Below are positions 1 through 11,188 of a DNA stretch of 64,000 nucleotides, one piece after another. The stretch's first letter is position 1. Every line of letters starts with the position of its first letter. The notes beneath the pieces were generated by a model. That model was not told the DNA's origin and did no database searches. It was given only the letters and a program-made list of their open reading frames with translations. The stretch lies in contig CAWBWI010000003.1 of assembly GCA_963792585.1 (NCBI GenBank), positions 384,001 to 448,000 of the forward strand. The letters run 5' to 3'. Source of the stretch: Candidatus Eiseniibacteriota bacterium (GTDB lineage: Bacteria > Eisenbacteria > RBG-16-71-46 > CAIMUX01 > VGJL01). The translations under genes and the position numbers were made by a program.

Positions 1-2
1 TG

Positions 3-341
3 CTCCAGAGACGCAAGTTCTACGGGAATGGAGGCGCCGAAATCGCCTGGTTCGGAAAGGACCTCAACGCGCCCGCGTGGGACGATCCGGAGTTGCGAAC
101 CCTGTCATGCATGCTGGGTGGGCGGGATGGCCCGCGGCTGTTCTTCATCCAGAATGCCGACTATCGCACGCAGGGAGTCGCCCTTCCGCCTTCCGCGGGT
201 CGCGTGCCTTGGCGGCGGGTGATCGACACGAGCCTGCCTGCCGGGGAAGACTTCTCGGAGGAAGGGCAGGAGGGAACCCTCGACAATCAGATCCGCTATC
301 TCGCGGCGCCGCGGAGCACGGTGGTCCTGGTCGGCGCATGA
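3..341 (+). CDS. glgX: 3' end of a glycogen debranching enzyme (GlgX/isoamylase type), truncated by the window start
   Basis: Frame is open from base 3: LQRRKFY...IAWFGKDLNAPAWDDPELRTLS...WRRVIDTS...Y.AAPRSTVVL, typical of a GlgX C-terminus. Confidence 0.75.
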   Translation, partial: LQRRKFYGNGGAEIAWFGKDLNAPAWDDPELRTLSCMLGGRDGPRLFFIQNADYRTQGVALPPSAGRVPWRRVIDTSLPAGEDFSEEGQEGTLDNQIRYLAAPRSTVVLVGA

Positions 342-467
342 TGCGGGCGGTCGTGGGAGGGCGTGAGAGCCTCCCGGCCGTAGATCGGAAGCCTGTTCTA
401 CTGGAAAGCGGACCCCGGGTGGGCTTGAATGGACGGGGCGGAACCGAGGCTCGGGGAGGAGGTCGCG

Positions 468-1649
468 ATGGCGGGTTCGGGTCGACGGCGGAGATGGCTC
501 ATTGGGTGCCTCGGGACGATCGCGCTGATCGTGATCCTCGCGATCGCCGGATCGCTGCGAGGGCCGAGAGTCCCGACGGTCACCGTCGAGCGTAAGCCCC
601 TCGTCCAGAGGGTCGTCGCCACCGGCCGAGTCCTCGTCCAGAATCGGATCCGCTTCGGCACGATGGCAGCCGGCATCGTGAGCTGCGTCAACGTGGACAA
701 GGGAGACCGTGTGAAGTCCGGCGATCTCCTCGTCGAGCTTCGGGACGATGAGGCCCAAGCGGCAGTCGATCAGGCCCGGGCGCGTCTCGCGCAGGTTCGC
801 GACGTGGAGGCAAGGACGGCGGACGAGGATCTCGTACAGGCGGAGACGGCGCTCGCACAGGCCGAGCGGCAATTCCGGCGCGCGGATGCGTTGATCAAGG
901 ATGGCGGCATATCGACCGAGGAGTTCGACCGCGCGCGGGAATCGCGCGATTCGGCCAAGAGCCGGCGCGACAGCGCGGTCGCCCGGGCGCGAAGCAAGCG
1001 CAACGGCGGCAGCGATGAGCGCTCGGCGGCGGCGGCGCTCTCCCAAGCAGAGGCGCGCCTGGCGTACACCAGAATCACCGCCTCGGCGGAAGGGGTGGTT
1101 CTAAGCCGCGATGTGGAGCCCGGTGACGTCGTGCAGGCCGGCCAGGCGTTGATCGTTGTCGCGAAGGAGGGGCCGACCTATCTCTCCCTGCAGCCGGAGG
1201 AGAAGAACCTCGCCTACCTCAGTGTCGGTCAGGAGGCGATCGCATCGGCCGATGCCTTCGCCGATCGGACCTTCACCGCGCGCATCGATCTGATCGCCCC
1301 GGCCGTCGATCCGGCGCGGGGAACGGTGGAGGTGCGCCTCATCGTGCCGGATCCTCCCGACTACCTCCGTCCCGACATGACTGTTTCCGTCGATGTCGCG
1401 ACTGGGCGAAGCGAAAACGCGCTCGTGGTTCCGACCGACGCGGTGCGGGACGCGGATGGGGGCCGCCCTTGGCTCTATCTCGCGCGCAACGGACGGGCGG
1501 AGCGCCGGGAGATCGTCCTCGGGATTCGGGGGCAGGGCGTCGTCGAAGTGCGCGACGGTGTCGCAGAAGGGGATCGCGTGATCCTGGCGACGGCGCGCGT
1601 CCGCGAGGGGCAGCGCGTCCGGACGGTCTCCCAGCGGTCGGCGTCGTAG
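468..1649 (+). CDS. Efflux periplasmic adaptor (membrane fusion protein, MacA/HlyD family)
   Basis: N-terminal TM anchor, lipoyl half-motifs (VDKGDRVKSGDLL, ITASAEGVV), helical hairpin, LRPDMTV; GGAGGAGG RBS before ATG 468. Confidence 0.9.
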   Translation: MAGSGRRRRWLIGCLGTIALIVILAIAGSLRGPRVPTVTVERKPLVQRVVATGRVLVQNRIRFGTMAAGIVSCVNVDKGDRVKSGDLLVELRDDEAQAAVDQARARLAQVRDVEARTADEDLVQAETALAQAERQFRRADALIKDGGISTEEFDRARESRDSAKSRRDSAVARARSKRNGGSDERSAAAALSQAEARLAYTRITASAEGVVLSRDVEPGDVVQAGQALIVVAKEGPTYLSLQPEEKNLAYLSVGQEAIASADAFADRTFTARIDLIAPAVDPARGTVEVRLIVPDPPDYLRPDMTVSVDVATGRSENALVVPTDAVRDADGGRPWLYLARNGRAERREIVLGIRGQGVVEVRDGVAEGDRVILATARVREGQRVRTVSQRSAS

Positions 1650-1657
1650 GACTCGCG

Positions 1658-2875
1658 ATGCCATTTTCCTGGTTTGTCGCTCTCCGCTACCTCCGCGAGG
1701 GACGCATGCAGACCCTCTTGATCCTCGCTGGCGTGGCGGTCGGCGTGGGTGTCATCATCTTCCTCACCGCCCTGATCGACGGCCTGCAAACGACTTTGAT
1801 CGACCGCACTCTCGGTTACCAGGCACACATCGTCGTGCGTCCCCCGGAGGAGGCGCCGCGCCCGCTCGCCGTCGAGGAAGGGGCCGCCCTCGATTTCCGG
1901 ATCGAGAAGCCGGCGCAGCGGATCCGCTCGATCAACCAGTGGGGTCAGATCGTCGATCTGATCAATCGGACCCCGGGGGTGACGGCGACTTCGGCGGCCG
2001 CCTCGGGCGCCGCCTTCGCGACCCGGGGAAGCGCGAGTCGCTCGATCTTCCTTCGTGGAGTCGATCCCGATCGCTTCAACAAGATCATCGACGTTCAGAA
2101 GAACATCCAAGCGGGCAGATTCGCTCTGGGGGGGGGACGGGCGGCAATCGGTGTGGAGCTTGCGAAGGACCTGGGCATCCGCATCGGCGACAAGATGCGG
2201 GTCGCCACCCTCGAGGGGCGCGGCGACGTATTCACCGTCAGCGGAATCTTCGACCTGCAGAACCTGGATGTGAATCAGCGCTGGGTCCTGGTCGCCCTAC
2301 CCGCCGCGCAGACGATTCTCGACCTGTCCGGCGGGGTCTCGACGATCGAGGTCAAGGTCGCTGACGTCTTCACGGCGGAGCGGATCGCAGGAGCGATCCA
2401 GGCGAAGACGGGACTGATTGCGGAGAGCTGGATGGAGTTGAACCAGCAACTGCTTGTAGGGCTGAAATCCCAGAACAGCTCACGCTACATGATCGAGCTC
2501 TTCGTCGTCATCGCCGTGGCCCTTGGGATCGCGAGCGTGCTCGTGGTGTGGGTCGTGCAGAAGAACCGCGAGATCGGAATCTTGCGCGCGGTCGGCACCT
2601 CCCGCGGGCAGATCCTGCGTATCTTCCTGATTCAGGGTGCGGTTCTCGGGCTCCTCGGCGCGCTCGGAGGAATGATCGTCGGCACCGGCCTCTCCCACTT
2701 CTTCCAGACCCTGGCGCGCAACCCGGATGGTTCCCCGACCTTCCCGGTCGCGCTGAACCTCGCGCTCTACCTCGGCGCCGCGGCCCTGGCGACGGTCACG
2801 GGGCTCGTGGCATCGGTCGCGCCGGCGCGGCGCGCGGCAGGACTCGATCCCGCCGACGCGATTCATCAGGGATAG
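1658..2875 (+). CDS. ABC transporter permease, FtsX/LolE/MacB family
   Basis: Starts [12 protein letters not shown]; has EIGILRAVG and a PARRAA.LDP C-terminal motif; 4-TM layout. Confidence 0.9.
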   Translation: MPFSWFVALRYLREGRMQTLLILAGVAVGVGVIIFLTALIDGLQTTLIDRTLGYQAHIVVRPPEEAPRPLAVEEGAALDFRIEKPAQRIRSINQWGQIVDLINRTPGVTATSAAASGAAFATRGSASRSIFLRGVDPDRFNKIIDVQKNIQAGRFALGGGRAAIGVELAKDLGIRIGDKMRVATLEGRGDVFTVSGIFDLQNLDVNQRWVLVALPAAQTILDLSGGVSTIEVKVADVFTAERIAGAIQAKTGLIAESWMELNQQLLVGLKSQNSSRYMIELFVVIAVALGIASVLVVWVVQKNREIGILRAVGTSRGQILRIFLIQGAVLGLLGALGGMIVGTGLSHFFQTLARNPDGSPTFPVALNLALYLGAAALATVTGLVASVAPARRAAGLDPADAIHQG

Positions 2876-2879
2876 CGCG

Positions 2880-3569
2880 ATGGACGGGAGCGTCGTTCGC
2901 CTGGAATCCGTCGTGAAGGACTACGGTGAAACGGTTCTCACGCGCGCCCTCGATGGTGTCGACATGAGGGTCGATGCGGCAGAGTTCACGGCGCTGATCG
3001 GTCCGTCGGGATCCGGGAAGAGCACCCTGCTGAATATCATCGGGCTCCTCGATCGGCCCACGTCCGGCCGCGTGAGCATTGCAGGGATCGACACGTCCGA
3101 CCGTCCCGAGCGGGAACTCACCCGGCTTCGCGGCGGCGAGGTCGGTTTTGTCTTCCAGTTTCACCACCTCCTGCCGGCCTTCACGGCCGAGGAGAACGTC
3201 ATGCTTCCGGCCTACGCGGCTCGCGGACGGCAGGATCGAGCCATGCGGGAGCGGGCGCGCGAGCTTCTCGTCCGCGTCGGTCTCGAGAACAGGATTCTCT
3301 ACAGGTCGAACGACCTATCGGGCGGACAGCAGCAAAGGGTCGCGATCGCGCGCGCGTTGATCGCGAGGCCGCGCCTCGTTCTCGCCGATGAGCCGACGGG
3401 GAATCTCGACACCAAGTCCGCGGACGAAGTCTTCGGTCTCCTTCGCGAGATCAACCGCGAAGATCGCACTGCCTTTCTCATCGTAACCCACGACCCCCGG
3501 ATGGCGGAGCGTTGCGATCGAATCGTCGAACTCGTGGACGGCCGGGTCGTTTCGGACAGGAGGCAATGA
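2880..3569 (+). CDS. ABC transporter ATP-binding protein, LolD/MacB-like
   Basis: Walker A GPSGSGKS, signature LSGGQQQR, Walker [15 protein letters not shown] switch. Confidence 0.95.
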   Translation: MDGSVVRLESVVKDYGETVLTRALDGVDMRVDAAEFTALIGPSGSGKSTLLNIIGLLDRPTSGRVSIAGIDTSDRPERELTRLRGGEVGFVFQFHHLLPAFTAEENVMLPAYAARGRQDRAMRERARELLVRVGLENRILYRSNDLSGGQQQRVAIARALIARPRLVLADEPTGNLDTKSADEVFGLLREINREDRTAFLIVTHDPRMAERCDRIVELVDGRVVSDRRQ

Positions 3570-4138
3570 AGATGGAAATGATCTTCGCGACCGAACGCCT
3601 GATCATCCGGCGGATTCAGGCAGCCGACGCCGACGCCTGCCATGAATGGATGAGCGATCCGAGGGTCGCCCGGTACGAATACTGGGACCCGTACACGCTC
3701 GAGGCGGTCCGGGCGGAGATGGCGGAAGTCGCCCGGGTGCCGCCGGGGACGATCGGGGTCTGGAATCTCCACGGGGCCTGCTTGAAGGAAACGGAGGAGA
3801 TCATCGGCTGCGTCCTGATCCGGATGAACGATGAGATCAACCGACAGGCTGAGATCGGTTTCCACTTTCACCCCGCGCATTGGGGGCGAGGATATGCGCG
3901 AGAGGCGGCCGCGGGGTTGATCGCCTACGGCTTCCAAGCGATGCGCGCGCACAGGATTCACGGCGTCGCGGACGCGCGCAATGCCGCCTCCATTCGCGTC
4001 ATGGAGCGGCTTGGCATGCGCCGCGAGGCGTGGTTGCGCGAGAACTGCTTCGTCAAAGGCGAGTGGTGCGACGAGGTCGTCTATGCGCTCCTTGCGAGCG
4101 AATGGCCCGGCGCCGCCACAGGCCGTCAGGGCAACTGA
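3566..4138 (+). CDS. GNAT N-acetyltransferase, RimJ/RimL family
   Basis: TERLIIR, AEIGF...[24 protein letters not shown] overlap with the previous gene. Confidence 0.9.
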   Translation: MKMEMIFATERLIIRRIQAADADACHEWMSDPRVARYEYWDPYTLEAVRAEMAEVARVPPGTIGVWNLHGACLKETEEIIGCVLIRMNDEINRQAEIGFHFHPAHWGRGYAREAAAGLIAYGFQAMRAHRIHGVADARNAASIRVMERLGMRREAWLRENCFVKGEWCDEVVYALLASEWPGAATGRQGN

Positions 4139-4614
4139 AACGCCCTGACGAAGTCCGATCCGCTCGAATGACACCCGATACATCCGCTCGGATGACCTGA
4201 GGCGAGCACGCTACCGTCGGGGTGATACTCCGCCCAGTACCAGCCGTCCGAGCGCTTCTCGATCGCCGCGACGAGGGTCTGGACGCCACCAGCGAAGCCG
4301 TCCTTCACGATGATCGACCCGACCGGCCAGGCGGTCGGATGTTGGCCGGAGGTGAGGGTCGTCGCGATCACCGTGTTCACGAAGACGTCAACCGAATCAC
4401 CATGGGGGGCGGAACTTGCCGTCCGCTGCTCGTGTCCGGGCGCCCGCGTCCAAGCACGATAACCCTGCGTGTGGATCTTGGCCCAGAATTCCTGTGCTTC
4501 GTTCGTTTGCTGCGGGTCCGTGCCGTACGACGTCTTGTTGTCGTAGCAGCCGCTTCCGGCTACGAGCATCGCGGCGAGGAGGAGCCATCCTCGGTGCATC
4601 TTCCGGGACTTCAT
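4126..4614 (-). CDS. Cytochrome P460-family c-type cytochrome, probable lipoprotein
   Basis: Signal peptide ending [15 protein letters not shown] motif, C-terminal CIGCH heme site; GGAGG RBS. Confidence 0.75.
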   Translation of the reverse strand: MKSRKMHRGWLLLAAMLVAGSGCYDNKTSYGTDPQQTNEAQEFWAKIHTQGYRAWTRAPGHEQRTASSAPHGDSVDVFVNTVIATTLTSGQHPTAWPVGSIIVKDGFAGGVQTLVAAIEKRSDGWYWAEYHPDGSVLASGHPSGCIGCHSSGSDFVRAFQLP

Positions 4615-4830
4615 GGAGGGAACCTCCGATGGATCCGCGCGCGGAACGGCCCGTCGGACGGGGATCCAGACTGGCGGCCAAACGAACATAGTCGCCGGAG
4701 GAACTTCCCGGATACATCCCGCCGCTCGTGAATGTCGGCCCGGGGCGGGGAGCAGTCCTCAGCCCGAATACGAAGGCGGTCCGGTCGCCCGAACCGCCCT
4801 CCAGGACCCGAAGCGCAAAGGCGCCATGGA

Positions 4831-6092
4831 TCAGCCCCCGTACATCTCCATGATCTCCTTCTTGCCCTTGCCGAGGATTCCGTACTTCGCGCCGACCTTC
4901 TTGAAGGCCTCGAGCGCGATCTTCAGATCCTCGATCTCGTGCGCGGCGGAGATCTGTGTGCGGATGCGCGCCGGCTCCCTTCGGCACGACGGGGAAGAAG
5001 AAGCCGATCACGTAGACTCCCTCGGCGAAGAGGTCGCGGGCCATGTCGGAGGCGAGCTTCGCGTTGTAGAGCATGACCGGAACGATCGGGCTGTCACCGG
5101 CCTTGAGATCGAATCCCGCCTCGGTGAGTCCCTTGCGCCAGTACACGGTGTTCTTCTCGAGCTTGTCGCGCCGCTCGGTGCTGGCAGAGATGAGGTCGAT
5201 GACTTTGATCGCCCCGTTGACGATCACCGGCGGCATCGTGTTGGAGAAGAGATAGGGACGCGCCTTCTGGCGACAGAGTTCGACGATTTCGCGCCGGCCG
5301 CTCACGCAGCCGCCGGAGGCGCCGCCGAGCGCCTTGCCGAGCGTGGTCGTGATGATGTCGATCTTGCCCACGACGCCGCAATGCTCCTGCGTCCCGCGTC
5401 CGGTCTTGCCCATGAAGCCGCTCGCGTGCGAGTCGTCGAGGAAGATCATGGCGTCGTAGCGCTCGGCCAGCTGCGACGATCTTGTCGAGGGGGGCGATAT
5501 CGCCGTCCATCGAGAAGACGCCGTCGGTGATGATCAGGCGGATCCGCGCATCCTGGTGCTCCTGCAGCTTCTCCTCGAGGTGACCCATGTCGGAGTGCTT
5601 GTAGGTGTCCCGCCGCGTCTTGCGCTTCTGCTCACAGAGCGTGATGCCGTCGATGATGGAAGCGTGGACGAGACGATCGGAGATCATCACGTCCTGATCG
5701 TTCAGCACCGCCTCGAAGACGCCGGCGTTCGCGTCCATGCAGGAAGGGAAGAGAACCGTGTCTTCGGTGCCGAGGAACGCAGTCAGCTTCTGCTCGAGCG
5801 TGCGGTGGATATCCTGGGTGCCACAGATGAATCTCACCGATGACATCCCGTAGCCGCGCGTGTCGAGACCCTCGTGGGCCGCTTTGATCACGTCGGGGTG
5901 GCTGGATAGCCCCAGGTAGTTGTTCGCGCAGAGGTTGATCACCCTCTTCGGCGCCGAACCGCGCGGGAACTCGACTTCGATGTGGGAAGCTTGAGGGGAG
6001 TGGATGAACCGCTCCTCCTTGAGGAGTCCCTGATCCTTGATATCCGCCAACTCGGTCTGGAGCGAACCCCGGACCTTCTCGCTGATCGCCAT
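4831..6092 (-). pseudogene. kbl: Glycine C-acetyltransferase (2-amino-3-ketobutyrate CoA ligase) split by two apparent +1 frameshifts (about 5473 and 4973); real decay or sequencing error
   Basis: NLCANNYLGL, SVRFICGT and TDGVFSMDG in one frame; DDSHASG and TLGKALGG (PLP lysine) in a second; ARIRTQISAAH to stop 4831 in a third. Confidence 0.85.
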
Positions 6093-6103
6093 GTCGTCCC
6101 CCC

Positions 6104-6355
6104 CTAGGCCTGGGTGAACTCGCGAACCAGCTTCGCGATCTTCGTGACCGAGTCGAACGCTTCAGGCGAAGCCTTGGCGTCGGGAATCGAGATCTTGTAC
6201 TTCTTCTCGAGGAAGGCCTTCAGCGAGACCATCGAGAAGGAGTCGACGATCCCGCTCGAAATGAGCGGGGAATCGACGTCGATCTCGGTATCCGAGTCCT
6301 CGTCGAGGTATTCCTTCTTCACGTACTCCAGGATTGCCTTGTGCAGCTCGTCCAT
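6104..6355 (-). CDS. Acyl carrier protein
   Basis: 83 aa, acidic, GIVDSFSMV phosphopantetheine-serine motif. Confidence 0.9.
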   Translation of the reverse strand: MDELHKAILEYVKKEYLDEDSDTEIDVDSPLISSGIVDSFSMVSLKAFLEKKYKISIPDAKASPEAFDSVTKIAKLVREFTQA

Positions 6356-6413
6356 CTCATCCTCCCCTTGCTTCAGTCCACACCCATGGAACGTTCTAGA
6401 GAACCGGTTTCGA

Positions 6414-8114
6414 CTAGTCGTTTTCCAGCGTCGAGGTATCGCCGATCGGCTCGCCCCACTCCTTCGCGCGCAGGAGGCGCCGGAGAATCTTCCCGCTGCG
6501 CGTCTTGGGCAGCGACGGGACGAACTCGATCTCCTGGGGCATCGCGAGCGGAGAGAGCCGCTTGCGGATGTAGTTCATGATGTCCAGCTCGAGATCGTCG
6601 CTGGCTACGAAGCCCGGCTTCAGGGCGACGAAAGCCTTCACGACCTCCATGTTGACCGGGTCGGGCTTGCCCACGGCGGCCGACTCCGCGACCGCCGGGT
6701 GCTCGAGCAACGCCGATTCGATCTCGAACGGGCCGACGAGGTGGCCGCCCGTGTTGATGACGTCGTCATCGCGGCCCACGAACCAGAAGTAGCCCTCCGG
6801 GTCGATCGACGAGCGGTCGCCGCAGAGGTACCAGCCGTTCTTGAACTTCCCCTCGTAGGTCGTCGGGTTCTTCCAGTAGGTTCGGAACATCGACGGCCAG
6901 CCGGGTCGCAGGGCGATCAGCCCGACCTTGCCCGGATCGTTGATCGGCTCGAACGACTGAGGGTCGACGACCGTTGCGGTGATTCCGGGGAACGGCTTGC
7001 CCATCGAACCGGGCTTGATCGGCATACCGGGGTAGTTCGAGATCATGATCGAGCCTGTCTCGGTTTGCCAGTACGAGTCGTGGAACATCATCCCGTAGGC
7101 TTCCTTCGACCAGATGACCGCCTCGGCGTTCAACGGCTCGCCCACGCTGGCGAGGTGGCGGAGCGAGGACAGGTCGTGTTTCCTCACCAGCTCGACGCCG
7201 TCCTTCATCAGGAGACGGATCGCGGTCGGCGCGGAATACCAGACCGTGACCTTGTACTTCTCGATCGTCTTGTACCAACGTTCGCTCGAGAAGCCGCTGT
7301 CGAGGACGACCTGGGTCACGCCGCAGCTCCACGGCCCGATGATCCCATACGAAGTCCCCGTGACCCAGCCGGGGTCGGCCGTGCACCAGTAGATGTCGTC
7401 CTTGGTGACGTCGAGCACCCACTTCGTCGAGAGGTGCTGCGCGAAGATCGATCCATGGACGTGCAACGCGCCCTTCGGCTTGCCCGTCGTGCCGGATGTG
7501 TAGTGGAGGACCGAAGGGGTCTCCGCATCGGCCTTGAACCAGTCGAGCGTCTCGACGCGCGGCGCCTTGGCGAAGTCGAAGGCGAGCTCGCCTTCCTTCA
7601 TCTTCTCTGCCTCACCGTCCACTACAATTATATGGCGCAGGGACGGAAGCTGCTCACGGATGCGCCGGACCTTGTTCGCGTGCTTCTTGGTCGTGATGAC
7701 CGCCGCCGTCTGCGCGTCCTCGAGTCGGGTGATCAGCGAGTCCTCCCCGAAGGCGGAGAAGAGCGGTTGGGCGATCGATCCGTTCTTCAGGATCCCGAGG
7801 AACGAGAAGTAGAGGTCGGGCACCTTGTCCATGAAGATGCAGACGCGGTCGCCGACGCCGATCCCGATCTGGCGCAGCATGGTCGTGAACGCGTTCGAAT
7901 GCACCCGGAGATCGTCGAACGTGTACCGGCGTTCCTCGCCGTCGAAACCTTCCCAGATCATCGCGGTCTTCTGACCCAGACCTTGATCACAGATCCGGTC
8001 GGAGCAGAAGGCGCCGATGTTGAGCGGACTGCCGTCCCGGTACCCGAGTTCCTGCTTGGCGAGGCTCCAGTCGAAGCCCTCGAGACGCTCCTCGTAAGAG
8101 CGGATATTGCTCAC
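6414..8114 (-). CDS. acsA: Acetate--CoA ligase (AcsA-like AMP-forming synthetase)
   Basis: YTSGTTGKPKG, WCTADPGWVTG, YWQTETG, PKTRSGKI motifs; GTG start with RBS. Confidence 0.9.
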   Translation of the reverse strand: MSNIRSYEERLEGFDWSLAKQELGYRDGSPLNIGAFCSDRICDQGLGQKTAMIWEGFDGEERRYTFDDLRVHSNAFTTMLRQIGIGVGDRVCIFMDKVPDLYFSFLGILKNGSIAQPLFSAFGEDSLITRLEDAQTAAVITTKKHANKVRRIREQLPSLRHIIVVDGEAEKMKEGELAFDFAKAPRVETLDWFKADAETPSVLHYTSGTTGKPKGALHVHGSIFAQHLSTKWVLDVTKDDIYWCTADPGWVTGTSYGIIGPWSCGVTQVVLDSGFSSERWYKTIEKYKVTVWYSAPTAIRLLMKDGVELVRKHDLSSLRHLASVGEPLNAEAVIWSKEAYGMMFHDSYWQTETGSIMISNYPGMPIKPGSMGKPFPGITATVVDPQSFEPINDPGKVGLIALRPGWPSMFRTYWKNPTTYEGKFKNGWYLCGDRSSIDPEGYFWFVGRDDDVINTGGHLVGPFEIESALLEHPAVAESAAVGKPDPVNMEVVKAFVALKPGFVASDDLELDIMNYIRKRLSPLAMPQEIEFVPSLPKTRSGKILRRLLRAKEWGEPIGDTSTLEND

Positions 8115-8399
8115 CTTTCCTCCTCCTCCCTCCTTCGTCGGCCACCCTGAAAAGCGGCGTCACCGCTGCGCGCTAGAGTACCAAGGGGGCCGGGGAAGGC
8201 ACAAGCGGCGGGGGAGGGTGTAGCGCGTCAGGCCGGCCTCTGCGCCGACTCCGGACGCGGTGGGGGGTGGGTCGGAGGTCCGCTCCCGGCCCCCGTCCAA
8301 CATTCAGCGCGCCTTGCCGATGCGGGCGGGAGCGTGCTAGCGTGGGCTGCTTTCCCGAAGGCCGCGGGATCGGTGGGACTCCGGAACAGGAAGGATCGG

Positions 8400-9830
8400 A
8401 TGATGGATCCGTTCGATCAGTACGCCGACGAGATGGTCGGCCGGGCATGGGAAGCCGGTGAGAAGTTCCGCCAGTTCACGCAGGAGCAGGTCGACCGGAT
8501 CGTAACGGCGGTCTTCGAGGCTGCCTACGACGCCCGGCTCGAGCTGGCCCGCCTCGCCCACGAAGAGACCGGAATGGGCCTCTACGAGCACAAGGTGATC
8601 AAGAATGCCTGGGCGAGTCTCCTGGTTTACGAGGACATCCGCGAGAAGAAGACGGTGGGGATGATCTCCCACGATCCATCCACCGGAATCACCGAAATCG
8701 CCCAGCCCAAGGGAGTCATCCTGGCGACGATCCCCGTCACGAACCCTACGTCCACGACGATCTTCAAGGCCCTGATCTGCCTCAAGACCCGCAACCCGCT
8801 GATATTGAGTCCGCACCGGGCGGCCCGGAAGGCGACCCGCAGAGCGGCCGAGATCCTCGCGGAGGCGGCCTATCGGGCCGGTGCGCCAACCGATTCGATC
8901 CAGTGGATCACCAAGGCCGAGAGCGAGTACTTCGAGCGGATGATCCGCCACCGCAAGCTCTCGCTCATCCTGGCCACGGGGACGAGCGAGATCGTGCGCA
9001 AGGTGCAGGCGGCGGGGAAGCCGGCGCTGGGCGTCGGTCCCGGAAATGTCCCCGTATACGTTTCGCGATCCTCCGATCTTCAGCTCGCGGCGCAGTCGAT
9101 TGTACATTCGAAGACATTCGACAACGGGACCGTTTGTGCAAGCGAGCAGGCGATCGTCATGCAAGAGGTCGTCGACCACGCGCTACGACCGTTGATGGTG
9201 GAACGCGGGGCATACTTCTGCAGCGAAGAGCAGATGCGCGCACTCGGACCGGTCTGCTACGACGCGGAGCGACGGATGATGCGGGCCGACATCGTCGGCA
9301 AGCCGGCGGCCGAGATCGCCGCGAAGGCGGGCTTCGAGGTGCCCGAAGGGACTCGCCTCTTGATCGCGGAACCCGAGGGGATTGGCGCGGAACACCCGCT
9401 GTCGCACGAGATCCTCGCGCCGGTGCTCTCGTGGTACCGCGTTGCCGACTACGCGGCGGCGATTCGCACCTGCGAGGCACTGAACCACCTCGGGGGGATC
9501 GGTCACACCGTCGGCCTGTACACGAACGAGGAGCGGATCGTCACCGACTTCGCCAAGATGAATGCCGGACGGATCGTTGTGAACACTCCATCGACCGAGG
9601 GGGCCATCGGAGGCATCTACAACGGCCTATCGCCGTCGCTGACCCTTGCGTGTGGAACCGGGGCGGGGAACCTCAGCACCGACAACATCACCGTCGAGCA
9701 CTTGCTCAACATCCACCGTGTCGCGCGCCGGCGGCTGAACCCACGCTGGGCGAGCGTGCCGAGGGAGACATGGCTCGATCCGCGGGTGGGGCCGAAGGGG
9801 ATCCTGGAGATCTACAACCGGAATTACTAG
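8400..9830 (+). CDS. CoA-acylating aldehyde dehydrogenase (stand-alone AdhE N-terminal-domain type)
   Basis: PVTNPTST, GVGPGN, SKTFDNGTVCASEQ (catalytic Cys), PSLTLACG. Confidence 0.9.
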   Translation: MMDPFDQYADEMVGRAWEAGEKFRQFTQEQVDRIVTAVFEAAYDARLELARLAHEETGMGLYEHKVIKNAWASLLVYEDIREKKTVGMISHDPSTGITEIAQPKGVILATIPVTNPTSTTIFKALICLKTRNPLILSPHRAARKATRRAAEILAEAAYRAGAPTDSIQWITKAESEYFERMIRHRKLSLILATGTSEIVRKVQAAGKPALGVGPGNVPVYVSRSSDLQLAAQSIVHSKTFDNGTVCASEQAIVMQEVVDHALRPLMVERGAYFCSEEQMRALGPVCYDAERRMMRADIVGKPAAEIAAKAGFEVPEGTRLLIAEPEGIGAEHPLSHEILAPVLSWYRVADYAAAIRTCEALNHLGGIGHTVGLYTNEERIVTDFAKMNAGRIVVNTPSTEGAIGGIYNGLSPSLTLACGTGAGNLSTDNITVEHLLNIHRVARRRLNPRWASVPRETWLDPRVGPKGILEIYNRNY

Positions 9831-9893
9831 GGGCGGGTGATCCGCCCCTCACGATCCTGCTATTCCCGGGGTACCCCGGGTCTTCGGTTGCTC

Positions 9894-10958
9894 CTAGAAC
9901 TCCACCTTGCACTCGTGCGCCCGCTCCAAGAAGCAGACCAGGAGCTTGACGGTCGCCTCGAGGTCGGCTTTGTGGATCATCTCGTTCGGCGAGTGGACGT
10001 AGCGGGTCGGCACGGAGAGCGTGCAGACGGGACCCTGACCGAAGAGCTGCATGCCCATCGCGTCGGTCCCGCCGAAGGGCAGGATCTCCATCTGGTGCTT
10101 GATCTTGTTCTTCACGGCGAGCTGCTTCATGAAGCGGACGATTCCGTGGTTGGAGATGGTCGCGCTGTCGTTGATCTTGATGGCGACCCCGCCCCCCAAG
10201 GTGGTGACGTATTGATGCTCGGCCACCCCGGGTGTGTCGAACGCTCCGGTGACGTCGATCGCCACCCCGAGATCGGGATTGATGACCCTCGCGGCCCCGC
10301 GGGCGCCGCGCACCCCGACTTCCTCCTGCGCGCTGCCGACGGCATACACCTCCACGCAATGCCCGCTCAGTCGGCGGGCGGCCTCCAGTACCGCGTAGCA
10401 TCCTACCCGGTTGTCGAAGGCCTTGGAGATGTAGGAGTCTCCTTGGGCCATGAATCCCCGCTCGAGGACGATCGGATCCCCGACCTCGACGAGCTTCCGC
10501 AGTGCGCTTTCGCGCAGTCCGGTATCGATGAAGCAGTTCTTGATCTCGGCGGCCTTCTGCATTTCATCGGGCTGTCCGATGAATGCGGGGGCGCCTTCGA
10601 CGATACCGATGATCTCTTGCCGCCCGATGATCCGCACGCGCTGCGAGTAGAGCACCTTCGGGATGTGGCCGCCGCGGGGGGCGAGACGGATGAACCCTCG
10701 CTTGTCGATGTGGCTGACGACGAAACCGATTTCGTCCATGTGACCGACGATCATGACCTTGAGCGGGGGGGCCTTCTTCGAGCCGGCCTTTGCGGCACGT
10801 TTAACCCCGATCACGTTTCCCAGACCGTCCACGCGAACCTCGTCGCAGCTCTTCTTGAGTTCGCGCTCCATCAAGCTGATCATCGATTGCTCGCGTCCGG
10901 GGATCGCGGGCGTCTCACACAGCTCTTTGAGCAGCTCCATTCCCGTCAGGGTCTTCAT
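9894..10958 (-). CDS. M42 family metalloaminopeptidase
   Basis: GHMDEIG, KAFDNRVG, QEEVGVRGA, GGTDA, RYVHS motifs. Confidence 0.92.
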   Translation of the reverse strand: MKTLTGMELLKELCETPAIPGREQSMISLMERELKKSCDEVRVDGLGNVIGVKRAAKAGSKKAPPLKVMIVGHMDEIGFVVSHIDKRGFIRLAPRGGHIPKVLYSQRVRIIGRQEIIGIVEGAPAFIGQPDEMQKAAEIKNCFIDTGLRESALRKLVEVGDPIVLERGFMAQGDSYISKAFDNRVGCYAVLEAARRLSGHCVEVYAVGSAQEEVGVRGARGAARVINPDLGVAIDVTGAFDTPGVAEHQYVTTLGGGVAIKINDSATISNHGIVRFMKQLAVKNKIKHQMEILPFGGTDAMGMQLFGQGPVCTLSVPTRYVHSPNEMIHKADLEATVKLLVCFLERAHECKVEF

Positions 10959-11188
10959 GCTTCCTCCTCGTTGCACGGGTCGGCGGACCGCGATCGTGGC
11001 CGTGATCCCACGATCGTCGACGGCCATGAGCGTAGCGGGTCCCGGGGCGGCAGGAAGCCCATTTTCCACAGAGGGCATCGGGAGGGCACCATGGGCGCGC
11101 GTCGGAGGAAGCTCGTGGTAGACTGCCGCACGGTTCGATCATTCCCGGCCAAGAGGCTGTGGGGCGGGCGGGTCACAGGGGAGTTTTC

